From Candidatus Levyibacteriota bacterium (GTDB lineage: Bacteria > Patescibacteriota > Microgenomatia > Levybacterales > UBA12049), in the NCBI GenBank assembly GCA_016204465.1, contig JACQKQ010000012.1, positions 16,769 through 80,768 of the forward strand: a stretch of DNA of 64,000 nt, given 5' to 3'. Below are positions 51,131 through 59,936 of the stretch, one piece after another. The notes beneath the pieces were generated by a model, which did not search any database, was not told where the DNA came from, and saw only the letters and a program-made list of their open reading frames with translations. Position 1 is the stretch's first letter. The number at the start of each line of letters is the position of its first letter. The translations under genes and the position numbers were made by a program.

Positions 51131-51673
51131 TTATGGCAATGCAAGGATGCGGTCGCGAAGGCGTGGGTAGGCAAAGATTGCATGCATATCGTTAATGTGG
51201 CCGGCGTTGTGTTCGACAATTAGTTTGGTGTCGAGGTGTTTTGCGAAATCTTTGCCGATTGAAAGGGGAATATACGGATCATTATCGGAATTAATCACAA
51301 CAAAATGTTTGCAAACTGATTTTATCTTTTCCCAATCAAACGGTTTATTGACAAAGTTTTCAATTTCGACAATAGTAAGTGACCGCTCAAAACCGGAAAC
51401 CAAAAACGCTGCCTTTATTTTCTCTTTAGATTGTTCAAGTAAGCGGAGAATAAACGGCACGCCAAGACTATGGCCAATAAGGATTGAATCTTGATCAATA
51501 GTTACATTCTTTTGAAAATACTCCAGCCATTCTGTAAGAATTGGATTCTCGCTATTTGGAAAATCAGGAACTGTTGCTCGCCAGCCTTTTTGCTCCAACT
51601 CATTTGCAAGCCAAGGAAACCAATTACTTTCTGAATTCGCCCCCCATCCATGAATGATAACCGCATTTTTCAT
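51131..51673 (-). CDS. RBBP9/YdeN-family alpha/beta hydrolase
   Basis: IHG, NWFPWL, GHSLG, SDNDPY, AGH. Confidence 0.92.
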   Translation of the reverse strand: MKNAVIIHGWGANSESNWFPWLANELEQKGWRATVPDFPNSENPILTEWLEYFQKNVTIDQDSILIGHSLGVPFILRLLEQSKEKIKAAFLVSGFERSLTIVEIENFVNKPFDWEKIKSVCKHFVVINSDNDPYIPLSIGKDFAKHLDTKLIVEHNAGHINDMHAIFAYPRLRDRILALP

Positions 51674-52407
51674 AGTGAGGTTTTTTGTTCTAATGTGGAA
51701 TGGATTTGTTCTTTTGTGTAGGCTGGACGTTCAGGCTTATATCCTAATATCTGTTTGGCTTTTGAAGTATCAATGTGATTTACATCATCAACAATGCTAA
51801 ATGCTTCGTACCAAAGTTCCCCTTTATAGTTTAGGGCAAGCTGTATTGCCTGCGCTGCGTTGTTACTGCTGACACTCGTTCCCAAAAAAACCTTATCAAT
51901 TGGGCCAAAGCGCAAGGCAATGGTTTGTATTTTCTTTCGAAGCCCGTACCATGCCAATACCTGTTCTGCCATGACTTTACTCATGTGATACGAAAGGTCT
52001 GCATCGCGGCAAGAAAGATTTTCAGCTTTTAAATATTGAGAAACAAATGGTTGGTCTTCTTTTATTGGCGTTTTGAACGGTATGCCTTTTTCGATGCCAT
52101 AAATTGTTGTCGAGCTTGCGTAAATAACTCTTTTCACTTTGTTTTCGTATGCAGCTTTTACTGTGTTGAGCGTTCCTTGCACATTAATTGCAACATATTC
52201 CTCAAAAGGGATATTTTCAACCGGTTTTGGAATTGCGGCAAGGTGGACAACCTGCTCGCATCTGCTCATTTTGTCCTTGAGGTGTTTGTAATCTAAGATA
52301 TTGTCGCCTTCTGCCTTGTCGTAGCCAACAATTTCATAATCATTCCCAAACCGATTTATAAACGCATTCCCCAAATATCCTCTGTGTCCAGTAATAAATA
52401 TTTTCAT
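51670..52407 (-). CDS. NAD-dependent epimerase/dehydratase
   Basis: ITGHRGYLG, HLAA, ASS, YHMSK. Confidence 0.9.
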   Translation of the reverse strand: MKIFITGHRGYLGNAFINRFGNDYEIVGYDKAEGDNILDYKHLKDKMSRCEQVVHLAAIPKPVENIPFEEYVAINVQGTLNTVKAAYENKVKRVIYASSTTIYGIEKGIPFKTPIKEDQPFVSQYLKAENLSCRDADLSYHMSKVMAEQVLAWYGLRKKIQTIALRFGPIDKVFLGTSVSSNNAAQAIQLALNYKGELWYEAFSIVDDVNHIDTSKAKQILGYKPERPAYTKEQIHSTLEQKTSL

Positions 52408-52408
52408 A

Positions 52409-53443
52409 TTAATCAAAATACAATTCTGGATTGGCGGTGATATTTTGCCAGTTAACTGGATTGTAGTTGAAAAAGGCGGCTGTGGCAATCATGGCGCCAT
52501 TGTCGGTGCAGAGAAATTTTTGTGGAACAAAAATTTCAGCGTTTATCGTATAGCGTTTAGCAGTTAGTTCAAATTGATTACGAAGTGCTTCATTCGCCGC
52601 AACGCCGCCCCCGAGGAGAATTGATTTTGCGTTGTACTTTTGCGCAGCGTTTAATGTTTTCTTTACGAGCACGTCAATGATTGCTTGTTGGACGGAGGCG
52701 GATATGTCCGCAATTGTTACATTGTTACATTGTTCTATTGTTTTTGTTAAACGAAGGGCTGCGGTTTTTAGTCCTGAAAACGAGAAGTCATAATCATCTG
52801 AATCTATCATTGGACGAGGAAAACGAAATGCCTTTGGATTTCCTTGCTTTGCCAGTTTTTCTATTGTCGGGCCCGCTGGGTATGGCAAGTTAAAGAGTCG
52901 TCCAATTTTGTCAAAGGCCTCACCAGCTGCATCATCACGAGTCCCCCCAAGCCAGACTATATCACCATGTTTCTTCATCAGAACAAGGTCGGTGTGGCCG
53001 CCGGACACAACCAGCGCAAGCGCTGGAAATTTCGAATTTCGAATTTCGAATTTCGAATTTGCGCGAACGAAGTTCGCGTAGATGTGGCCGATCAAATGAT
53101 TCACTGGGACAATTGGCTTTTTCCAAATATACGAAAGCGTTTTGGCTGTTTCAACGCCAACGAGAAGCGATCCAATGAGTCCGGGGCCATTTGTTACTGC
53201 AATTGCATCTATTTCCTTCTCATTGAAATTTGCATCTTTTAGGGCTTTTTTAATAACCGGAAGAATATATTCTATTTGCGCTCGAGCAGCAACTTCGGGA
53301 ATAATACCGCCGGTTTTTGCGTGCAAGGGCAATGACGAGCTCATAAAATTGGAAAGAAGAGCAACACGCGATGCGTTCTGTGTTCCTTTGACAACTGCTG
53401 CCGCTGTTTCGTCGCAAGAGGTTTCTATGCCAAGAATTACCAT
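52409..53443 (-). CDS. tsaD: tRNA t6A synthesis protein TsaD, with three repeat-derived segments
   Basis: GIETSCDET, HLIGH, VSGGHT, DDAAGEAFDK, TDNGAMIA. Confidence 0.97.
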   Translation of the reverse strand: MVILGIETSCDETAAAVVKGTQNASRVALLSNFMSSSLPLHAKTGGIIPEVAARAQIEYILPVIKKALKDANFNEKEIDAIAVTNGPGLIGSLLVGVETAKTLSYIWKKPIVPVNHLIGHIYANFVRANSKFEIRNSKFPALALVVSGGHTDLVLMKKHGDIVWLGGTRDDAAGEAFDKIGRLFNLPYPAGPTIEKLAKQGNPKAFRFPRPMIDSDDYDFSFSGLKTAALRLTKTIEQCNNVTIADISASVQQAIIDVLVKKTLNAAQKYNAKSILLGGGVAANEALRNQFELTAKRYTINAEIFVPQKFLCTDNGAMIATAAFFNYNPVNWQNITANPELYFD

Positions 53444-53448
53444 GAGTC

Positions 53449-53919
53449 TTAAAGATTTTCAAAACGCACTTCGTCTCCAATTTTTATGTCGTATTCTTTT
53501 GACAATCCAGCATTAATTTCCAGTACCCTATTTGCCTCTTTCTGTGGGCGATAAATCGGAGGATTGTTATCACCTTCTACTGCAGGTTGTACGTTGTCAT
53601 AGATAGTGACAATTTTATTTTCTTTAATAAAGAGCATATCTATTGGGATTTTCATATTTTTCATCCAGAATGGATGGTAGTCTGCCGACGCAAAAATAAA
53701 GAGCATCCCTTGATCCTTTGGAAATGATTTATGTTCTGATAGGCCGATTTGTTGCTGTTCCGGCGTTTTTGCAAGAAGCAGTTGGAAAGTGCGGTCTTTG
53801 ATTGTCGCGGTTGATTTTTTCGCAAAAGGGTTGGGGTTGTTTTTGAGATAGTTTTGGGAAAATGGAATCGCCGCAACAACAGCGACAAGCAATGCAAAGA
53901 GCGCAAGTATTATTTTCAT
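53449..53919 (-). CDS. DUF192 family exported protein
   Basis: GMLFIF, FWMKNM..PIDMLFI, VLEINAG. Confidence 0.9.
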   Translation of the reverse strand: MKIILALFALLVAVVAAIPFSQNYLKNNPNPFAKKSTATIKDRTFQLLLAKTPEQQQIGLSEHKSFPKDQGMLFIFASADYHPFWMKNMKIPIDMLFIKENKIVTIYDNVQPAVEGDNNPPIYRPQKEANRVLEINAGLSKEYDIKIGDEVRFENL

Positions 53920-53921
53920 TT

Positions 53922-54410
53922 CTAATACAACCTTTCTGCTAGTAGTTGGGCAAGCTTGCTTGTTGACGTGTCAGCTAAAGGCGCAATAACTTCAATTACT
54001 TTTGCTCCAGTTTTTTCAGCCTGCCTTTGTTTTTGTTTTTTAAATGGATCGTGTTTTGTGATTGCTATTATAGCAGGTTTTATTTGCTGCGTCAGGCGAT
54101 CATAGCTTATATCATCCAGTTTTTTGGGTAGTGGTATAACAGTATCAACAGTTCGTAATGCCGAAAGGACATGCGCCCGGTTATCTTGTGTATTAATTGG
54201 CCGATCACTGCCCTTGAGTGCCCGTACCGATTCATCGTGCTCCAAAAGAACAAAAAGGAAATCGCCCTGCTTTTTTGCGTTTTCCAAAAAAGCAATATGG
54301 CCAATATGGAGGATATCAAAACAACCACCAACTAGGACGATGCGCTTGTGTTGACCTCGTAACTTTTCGGCTAGTTTAACGGCTTCTTCGGTTGTTAAAA
54401 TTTTCTTCAT
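53922..54410 (-). CDS. Cytidylyltransferase-family (HIGH) nucleotidyltransferase
   Basis: GGCFDILHIGH, KG..RPI, STS. Confidence 0.88.
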   Translation of the reverse strand: MKKILTTEEAVKLAEKLRGQHKRIVLVGGCFDILHIGHIAFLENAKKQGDFLFVLLEHDESVRALKGSDRPINTQDNRAHVLSALRTVDTVIPLPKKLDDISYDRLTQQIKPAIIAITKHDPFKKQKQRQAEKTGAKVIEVIAPLADTSTSKLAQLLAERLY

Positions 54411-54495
54411 AAATTTCTAATTATTCTAATCAAATCCCAATTTCGAAATTTGGAAATTCATTAGAAATTAGGTCAATTAGACCAATTAGGTCAAT
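54411..54495. repeat. Mixed 7/9-mer periodic inverted repeat
   Basis: AATTTCTAAT...ATTAGAAATT; AATTAGGTC AATTAGACC AATTAGGTC. Confidence 0.65.
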
Positions 54496-55942
54496 TTTCT
54501 TTTGTTCCTCTTAAGTAAACTGCTTGCCAGGGTCGGTAGTTTGAAACAAATTTATCAGAGAGCATAGTCTTTCCGTTTTTTTTTACCTCTCGAGTAAAAA
54601 CTACTATTGCTCCTGCTGCAGCAAAATCCACCTGCTTTACCTCTCCTTTTGGCAAGGTGGGATCGTCTTGGTACAGCGGCTCCGGAGCAGGTATTTGATT
54701 TGTTATAGCAGGTTTTGAGAGAGTAACTTCACGTCCATCCGAAGTTCCATATAAATTGAATGTAAGCTCTGCATTGGTCTGGTCTACGACACTTTGGATA
54801 AGAATATATTTTCCCGTGTCGTTTTTAAACCGAAAATCAACAGAGGGAACGTAAATCGTCGCATCAAATCCCGGTGGAGAATCTTGTTCATAATAAGCAA
54901 CTCGATACGCATGAGCATTGCGTTCGACGATTGGGAGGCCTGCGTTAAGGACGGCGCGGAAAAATGTTGTTGAAACTTGGCAAACTCCACCACCGTCTCC
55001 TAAGACTGTCCGGCCATTTTGGATAATGTAGGCTTGTTTATAGCCGGTGAATTCAGATATATCGCCAAGCACTTTGTTAAACGAGAATATTTCGTCTGGT
55101 GCAACCAGCACGCCGTTAATGCGAGATGCAGCAAGGCTAATGTTGTAGGTTCTAGTTGCAATGGATCCGCGATACAAAGATGTACCGCTTCCGATAAGCT
55201 CCTCAATGCCAAGGTTATTCACCTTGTCCGTCGTAATTTTTGGTTTGAGAATTTTGACTGGAATAGGAATAGTAATTGCTTGTGGCTCTTTTGCTGTCAA
55301 AATAAGCACACGCTTTGTACTAATATCCTTTTTTAACTTTTCCATGTCAAGTTCCTGTCCTTCCTGCGAAGGTCTAAACGTAATAACACGGCCGTTTTCA
55401 AAAGAAAAAAGCGCCTCCACAGGTTCGGCATAAATCTCTTTTGCAATCGGGTCAAGCAGCTCCTTTAGAGTATTTTCTGAAAATGTATATGATGCCGGAA
55501 AATAGATACCATTAAGGTATGCTTGGAAAATAAGGCTTCCATTCGAGAGCGGATCGTTCGATCTCCCTACGCTGTATGCTTGCAATGCCAGAAGCTTGCC
55601 GTCAAAACCAATGCCAAGCGTTTCCGCTGTTGTTGCGACTGTTTTATCCTTATGGGTAAAAATAAGCTTTTTTTCTCCAAGCCTAGCGTTTTTTTCAGCA
55701 AAGATTTTTTCTATTTCCTCCTGCGTTTTTCCTCCTACCTCAATTCCGGCTACAAGGATTCCAGGATATACAGCATGCGCAAAGAGTTTCTGAAAGAGAA
55801 TAAATGCAAAACTAATAAACAGAAAAAATCCCAGGCTTACACCGACAGTAAACCAAAAAAAAATCCTTAATATTGCTTTTACCTTACTTCGTTTAGTATC
55901 TTTGTTTGGATTATGGTGGCCTACCTGTTTACGTTTGATCAT
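54491..55942 (-). CDS. VanW-family membrane-anchored protein
   Basis: FSFN..LG, GGGVCQVSTT, DFRFKNDT. Confidence 0.9.
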   Translation of the reverse strand: MIKRKQVGHHNPNKDTKRSKVKAILRIFFWFTVGVSLGFFLFISFAFILFQKLFAHAVYPGILVAGIEVGGKTQEEIEKIFAEKNARLGEKKLIFTHKDKTVATTAETLGIGFDGKLLALQAYSVGRSNDPLSNGSLIFQAYLNGIYFPASYTFSENTLKELLDPIAKEIYAEPVEALFSFENGRVITFRPSQEGQELDMEKLKKDISTKRVLILTAKEPQAITIPIPVKILKPKITTDKVNNLGIEELIGSGTSLYRGSIATRTYNISLAASRINGVLVAPDEIFSFNKVLGDISEFTGYKQAYIIQNGRTVLGDGGGVCQVSTTFFRAVLNAGLPIVERNAHAYRVAYYEQDSPPGFDATIYVPSVDFRFKNDTGKYILIQSVVDQTNAELTFNLYGTSDGREVTLSKPAITNQIPAPEPLYQDDPTLPKGEVKQVDFAAAGAIVVFTREVKKNGKTMLSDKFVSNYRPWQAVYLRGTKEN

Positions 55943-55995
55943 TTGCCTTAAGTCTTTGTGGTATTATACTATAAAAGCATATCGTAATATACGAG

Positions 55996-57441
55996 ATGAG
56001 CGAAGAAACAGTATTCCAAAGCAACCAAGAGCAAAAACCCTCACCCACTCCGCCTGTGGCGCCCCGCGTGCTCGTGCCACAAGCGCCAAGCCAAGGTGGG
56101 TCGTATAAGGAGTATACGCGATCCGGTCCGCCCCTTGTTCTTGGCGCAAATTTCTTAACAATGATAAAACTTATTGTTTTTGGATTACTGCTAATTATTG
56201 TTGCATTTGTGGCGTACCGGTTTATTACCCCGCTTTTTATGAAAAAAGACGAAGCAGTAACCATCTCGTACTGGGGTTTATGGGAAGACAATAAGACAAT
56301 GCAGGGGATTATCGAAGAATTCCAAAAGGAGCATCCAACGATTCAAGTCGTCTACACAAAATCAGATATCAAACAATATCGTGAACGTCTTCTTGCAAGA
56401 ACCGAATCAGGCAAAGGCCCCGACGTATTTCGTTTCCATAATACTTGGCTACTACAGCTTAAATCTTTACTCTTGCCGCTGCCTAAAGAGGTGATAACAA
56501 AAGAAGAGTTGCAGTCTATGTACTACCCTGTTGTGCAGCAGGACGTTATTCTAAATGGCGCAATCTACGGCATACCGCTTGAAGTAGATACGCTTGCCCT
56601 TTTTACCAATAAAGATATATTTGATGCAGCAGGTGTGTCGGTACCAACAAATTGGAATGATTTCGACAGCGTTGCGCGAACACTCACAGTAAAAGACGGT
56701 GAAGGTAATATAAAAACAGCAGGAGCTGCAATGGGAACTTTTGATAATATTTCCCACGCTTCCGATATTATTTCGTTGCTTTTTGCACAAAACGGAGCGG
56801 AAACACGAAATTTATCCGGTACATTACAAGATGCCTCCGATGCGCTGGATTTCTACACATCATTTGCGAAGGGAGATGGAAAGGTGTGGGATGAAACTCA
56901 AGATATGTCACTGTTTTCATTTGCCAAGGGAAACCTTGCGATGTACTTTGGGTATTCCTGGGATATCTTTTTGCTACAAGCAGTTAACCCTAATTTATCA
57001 TTTGCCGTTTATCCTGTACCTTATTTGCCAGACAGGAAGATGACTATTGCAAGTTACTGGGTGGAAGGTGTTTCAACTGCAAGCAGAAATCAGAAAGAAG
57101 CACTCCTTTTTTTACAATTCCTAACAAGTAGGGAAACAGTGCAAAAATTATTTACAGAACAAGCAAAAACACGTTCCTTTGGCGAGCCATACGCACGGGT
57201 TGACCTTGCCGAAACCGCAAAGGATAATTCTCTTCTTTATCCGTTTGTCTCCCAAGCACCAAATGCAGTGTCAACATTTTTTGCAAGCGATACATTCGAT
57301 AACGGATTTAACGCACAGATGAACGGTTATTTGGGAAATGCAGCTCGTTCTGTATTGGGGAATACATCCTCACAGACTGCGGTAGAAATACTTTCCCAAG
57401 GCATCTCAAAAGTACTGGAACAATACGAAGCAAACAAGTAA
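55996..57441 (+). CDS. Membrane-anchored sugar-type extracellular solute-binding protein
   Basis: TM, GPDVF, YGIP, LFTNKDIF..AG, PTNW. Confidence 0.88.
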   Translation: MSEETVFQSNQEQKPSPTPPVAPRVLVPQAPSQGGSYKEYTRSGPPLVLGANFLTMIKLIVFGLLLIIVAFVAYRFITPLFMKKDEAVTISYWGLWEDNKTMQGIIEEFQKEHPTIQVVYTKSDIKQYRERLLARTESGKGPDVFRFHNTWLLQLKSLLLPLPKEVITKEELQSMYYPVVQQDVILNGAIYGIPLEVDTLALFTNKDIFDAAGVSVPTNWNDFDSVARTLTVKDGEGNIKTAGAAMGTFDNISHASDIISLLFAQNGAETRNLSGTLQDASDALDFYTSFAKGDGKVWDETQDMSLFSFAKGNLAMYFGYSWDIFLLQAVNPNLSFAVYPVPYLPDRKMTIASYWVEGVSTASRNQKEALLFLQFLTSRETVQKLFTEQAKTRSFGEPYARVDLAETAKDNSLLYPFVSQAPNAVSTFFASDTFDNGFNAQMNGYLGNAARSVLGNTSSQTAVEILSQGISKVLEQYEANK

Positions 57442-57462
57442 CCTCCGTAGTATAATTGCTCC

Positions 57463-58344
57463 ATGTCCGACGCGATCCAACGTGCAATTCTTCGTACCCT
57501 TATATACGCAGATATTTTTAGCTATCCGCTCACTCTTGCCCAGCTGCATAAGTTTCTTATTTTTAACCGGCCGGTTTCTAAAAAAAATATTAAAAACATA
57601 TGTCAACAAATGTCTTCTGTACGAAAGGAGGATGATTTCTATATGTTAAAAAAAAGCAGGATAAATATTGCCATTCGTAAGATAAAAGAAGCGTCAAGCA
57701 ACGAAAAAATTGCATTTGCAAGGCAGTTGACGCGTATTTTTCGAATTATCCCTTGGGTGCTTTTTGTTGGAATAAGCGGTGCAGTTGCTGCAGGGAATGC
57801 TAGAAAAAAAGACGATATTGATTTCTTTGTAATTGCCAAGCGAAAAAGACTTTGGCTTACGAGGTTTTTTCTTGTTATACTTTTACAGATCTTTGGACTT
57901 AGGAGAAAACGATTAGAGAAAAAAGTTATGAATACGATTTGCCTCAATATGCTTCTTGATGAACGTTGCCTTTTGCTTGGCAGCAAAAGGCAAGACGTAT
58001 ATACCGCTCATGAGATTGTTCAGATGCTGCCGATTTTTGATCGTGGAGATACATATAGCCGGTTCCTTATGGCAAATAAATGGGTAAGAGGATATTTACC
58101 CAATAGCATAGATACTAAAATATTAAGATATTACGATATTAAGAAAAAATCACCTAATATCCCAATATTTCAATATTTTAGTATCATAGAATTAATTGCA
58201 AAACAATTACAGCTGTGGTACATGAGAAAACATAGAACGCATGAAATAATAACCGATAACATGCTTGCTTTTCACCCAGTTGATTATAGAAAAAAGGTAC
58301 TTTTTTTATACACAAAAAGACTTAAGCAGTATGGCATTGTATAA
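57463..58344 (+). CDS. Pol-beta-type nucleotidyltransferase-like protein
   Basis: SGAVA..N...DDIDFFVI. Confidence 0.75.
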   Translation: MSDAIQRAILRTLIYADIFSYPLTLAQLHKFLIFNRPVSKKNIKNICQQMSSVRKEDDFYMLKKSRINIAIRKIKEASSNEKIAFARQLTRIFRIIPWVLFVGISGAVAAGNARKKDDIDFFVIAKRKRLWLTRFFLVILLQIFGLRRKRLEKKVMNTICLNMLLDERCLLLGSKRQDVYTAHEIVQMLPIFDRGDTYSRFLMANKWVRGYLPNSIDTKILRYYDIKKKSPNIPIFQYFSIIELIAKQLQLWYMRKHRTHEIITDNMLAFHPVDYRKKVLFLYTKRLKQYGIV

Positions 58345-59344
58345 GTTTTCAGTCTGCGGTGGAACATTCGACCTTTTGCATAAAGGGCATAAAGATTTCC
58401 TTAAGGCAATTTGCGCCAGGAGCGAAAAAGTGCTTGTCGGTATTACTTCAGACGTTTATGTTCGCAAAAAAAGCAAGTTAACAGTACAGTCATACAAGAA
58501 GCGAGAGAAAGCTTTAATTTCGTTTGCCAAAAAAGAAAAGCTGTTAAAAAAGATTGTGCATAGAGCAATTGATACATTGTATATACCATTACAGTGGGAA
58601 TCCTTACCAATAGAGGCCATTTTTGTTTCACAAGAAACGAAATTTGGTGCAGATGCGATTAACGGAAAAAGAAAAAAAGAAAAAAAACAGCCTATTGAAG
58701 TAGTTATAGTTCCATTTAGCCTTGCTGAAGATGGAAAACCAATATCGGCGTCTCGGATTCGTGAGGGGACTATTGACAGTAATGGCTTGCTGTACATTCG
58801 ACCTGATTGGCTCTCGGAAAAAAGAAAGCTTCCCGAAAGTCTTCGTCATATATTTCAAAAACCGTTTGATACGCTCATTACCAATTTTTCCTCTTGGTTT
58901 TTTACAGCAAACATTAATCCGAAAATGCTAATATCTGTTGGCGACGTCGCCACAAAGTCGCTTAATGCGGAAAACCTAAAACATGCAATTTCGATTATTG
59001 ATTTTTTGGTAAGACGCAAGGAGCAATTTTACAGTATCCGCGATCATGGGTTTTTGGGAGACGAAAAAGTTTTAACCGTAGAAAATCCAGCTGGTTTTGT
59101 TACACCTTCGCTGCTTAAAGCTGTTATGCAGGCGTTTAGTCTTGTAAAAGAACATGGGCGTGTAGTTATTAGAATCGTTGGAGAAGAAGATCTGGCCGTT
59201 TTGCCAGTTCTCGTGTCAGCTCCGCTTGATTGGACGATTATCTACGGCCAACCAAATCAGGGAATTGTTGTAGTTAGGGTTACCGAAGAAAACAAAGCAC
59301 GTGCAAGATCCCTTTTTGCTCAATTTCTACCCTCATCTGTGTAA
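58331..59344 (+). CDS. Fusion of archaeal/eukaryotic-type phosphopantetheine adenylyltransferase and DUF359 GTP-dependent dephospho-CoA kinase
   Basis: GGTFDLLHKGH, VSQET, ISASRIR; VGDVA, NPAG, GEEDL, YGQP. Confidence 0.85.
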   Translation: MALYKFSVCGGTFDLLHKGHKDFLKAICARSEKVLVGITSDVYVRKKSKLTVQSYKKREKALISFAKKEKLLKKIVHRAIDTLYIPLQWESLPIEAIFVSQETKFGADAINGKRKKEKKQPIEVVIVPFSLAEDGKPISASRIREGTIDSNGLLYIRPDWLSEKRKLPESLRHIFQKPFDTLITNFSSWFFTANINPKMLISVGDVATKSLNAENLKHAISIIDFLVRRKEQFYSIRDHGFLGDEKVLTVENPAGFVTPSLLKAVMQAFSLVKEHGRVVIRIVGEEDLAVLPVLVSAPLDWTIIYGQPNQGIVVVRVTEENKARARSLFAQFLPSSV

Positions 59345-59401
59345 GATATACTAGAGGTCATTGACAAAGAGGAAAGGATGGTTTAATATGCTTTTTGCTT
59401 T

Positions 59402-59445
59402 AATAAAACACCCCCTCAAACCGTAAAAAGATGAGGGTTTTTATT
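59402..59445 (+). terminator. Terminator-like hairpin in greA leader
   Basis: AATAAAA..CCCTCA / TGAGGG TTTTTATT, downstream of TTGACA at 59361. Confidence 0.5.
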
Positions 59446-59453
59446 TTGAAAAC

Positions 59454-59930
59454 ATGAAAAACGGAAAAAAGATCTATTTAACAAAGGAAGGCTTAACAGA
59501 GCTAAAACATGAGCACGAAGAGCTGATAAAAGTAAAACGGCCTGATGTTCTTGAGCGAGTTTCACAAGCGCGGAATTTAGGCGACCTTTCCGAGAATGCC
59601 GAGTATGTTGCAGCGCGCGATGAACTATCGTTTATTGACGGAAGAATTAGTGAGCTTGAAGAACTTATCGGCCAAGCAAGCCTTATTCACGCAGGAGGAA
59701 AAAACAGCAATAACAAAACAATTAAGCTTGGTTCAAAAGTTACCTTACACCACAAAGGTAAAAAAGACGATTATATGGTTGTTGGCGAGTGGGAGGCAGA
59801 TCCGAAGGAAAAGAAAATCTCACACGAATCCCCTCTTGGCAAAGCACTAATTGGGAAAAAAGTCGGCGATAGTATTGAAGTCGAAGCCCCCGCTGGAAAA
59901 CTCCTCTATACGATTATCTCCTTAGGATAA
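59454..59930 (+). CDS. greA: Transcription elongation factor GreA
   Basis: GDLSENAEY, ISHESPLGKAL. Confidence 0.97.
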   Translation: MKNGKKIYLTKEGLTELKHEHEELIKVKRPDVLERVSQARNLGDLSENAEYVAARDELSFIDGRISELEELIGQASLIHAGGKNSNNKTIKLGSKVTLHHKGKKDDYMVVGEWEADPKEKKISHESPLGKALIGKKVGDSIEVEAPAGKLLYTIISLG

Positions 59931-59936
59931 GCCTTA

